DNA of 64,000 nucleotides from Gammaproteobacteria bacterium (GTDB lineage Bacteria; Pseudomonadota; Gammaproteobacteria; Natronospirales; REEB76): NCBI GenBank assembly GCA_027315405.1, contig DAHUYB010000071.1, positions 19,336 to 83,335 of the forward strand, read 5' to 3'. Shown piece by piece: positions 63,617 to 64,000 of this stretch (position 1 is its first letter; each line of letters starts with the position of its first letter). The notes under the pieces were generated by a model. It saw only the letters and a program-made list of their open reading frames with translations, ran no database searches and was not told where the DNA came from. The position numbers and the translations under genes were made by a program.

Positions 63617-64000
63617 ATGCGGACCCTCGCCCTGGGGAATATGCCGGTCGCCATGCGCCACGCGCCAGCCAAGTGCTCGATGATGGGAACTATGGCTGGT
63701 AGCGGTAGTGATGAGGTCGGCCAGGCCAGCGGGTCCATCGGCGGCATGGCGCGCGCCGCTGAAGCGTTGCACCAGGAGATTTATTTCCGCGAGTGCCGCA
63801 CCGGCAAGCTGCCCGCGCAGATTGTCTCCCCAACCCAAGCCGTCTGCCAGTCCGAACAGCGGCACATACACATTCTTGAGCACTCCGCACCAAGACACTG
63901 CGCGCGGGTTGTGGCTCAGTGTGATATGCAGCTGGGTGCTAAGGAACAACCTGCCAACCAACCGTTGCGTCATTACGCTGCGACTGCCGAGTTCGGCGAA
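63617..64000 (+). CDS. Partial CDS of unknown function running off the window end; start and even strand uncertain
   Basis: The plus frame is open from 63446 to the window end. Hand-counted codon-position GC follows pos3 > pos1 > pos2, as expected for a real high-GC gene. The listed minus ORF 63479-63973 is in the typical shadow phase. Confidence 0.35.
   Translation, partial: MRTLALGNMPVAMRHAPAKCSMMGTMAGSGSDEVGQASGSIGGMARAAEALHQEIYFRECRTGKLPAQIVSPTQAVCQSEQRHIHILEHSAPRHCARVVAQCDMQLGAKEQPANQPLRHYAATAEFGE

Noticed and set aside
63479-63973. 164-aa minus-strand ORF listed in the track.
   Set aside because: Its codon phase places its third positions on the first positions of an overlapping plus-strand frame that stays open to the window end. 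That plus frame shows the expected pos3 > pos1 > pos2 GC order by hand count. Neither translation matched a family I recognise, so only the plus frame is listed, at low confidence.

Overview
High-GC proteobacterial chromosomal segment (about 60-65% GC by hand counts on sampled 60-nt lines). Core blocks: an RND pump tail, an AddB/AddA-type nuclease-helicase pair, ispB / rplU-rpmA-obg, rpsT / murJ-ribF-ileS-lspA-ispH, tRNA-Pro(CGG) and tRNA-Thr(CGU). Accessory blocks: (i) 9.6-23.6 kb is a lower-GC insert. It carries a gap-free 4-gene operon: a 1447-aa YD/IPT/PPC-like surface protein, a MauG/CCP-family di-haem peroxidase, a 1743-aa Sec-signal Kelch-Rhs polymorphic toxin with a glycine-rich C-terminal domain, and a 2-TM immunity protein. 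The insert also holds a REP-associated tyrosine transposase flanked by a perfect 18-bp inverted repeat, an orphan Rhs fragment and an AbiEi-like/Fic fusion gene. (ii) Secreted hydrolases and a three-domain NirK lie next to tRNA-Pro, which has a short duplicated 3' end. (iii) A decayed island at tRNA-Thr is bounded by two partial copies of the tRNA 3' half. (iv) A stress/anaerobic cluster (tandem USP, cydB remnant plus cydX, Zn-ribbon plus host-attachment-family pair, OYE/FadH-like reductase, DksA/TraR) carries FNR/Dnr-type boxes. The best candidate for an undescribed system is the IPT/PPC protein - CCP/MauG - Kelch-Rhs - immunity operon at 9908-20890. All domain calls were made by eye from the supplied translations and the raw sequence; no database search was possible.
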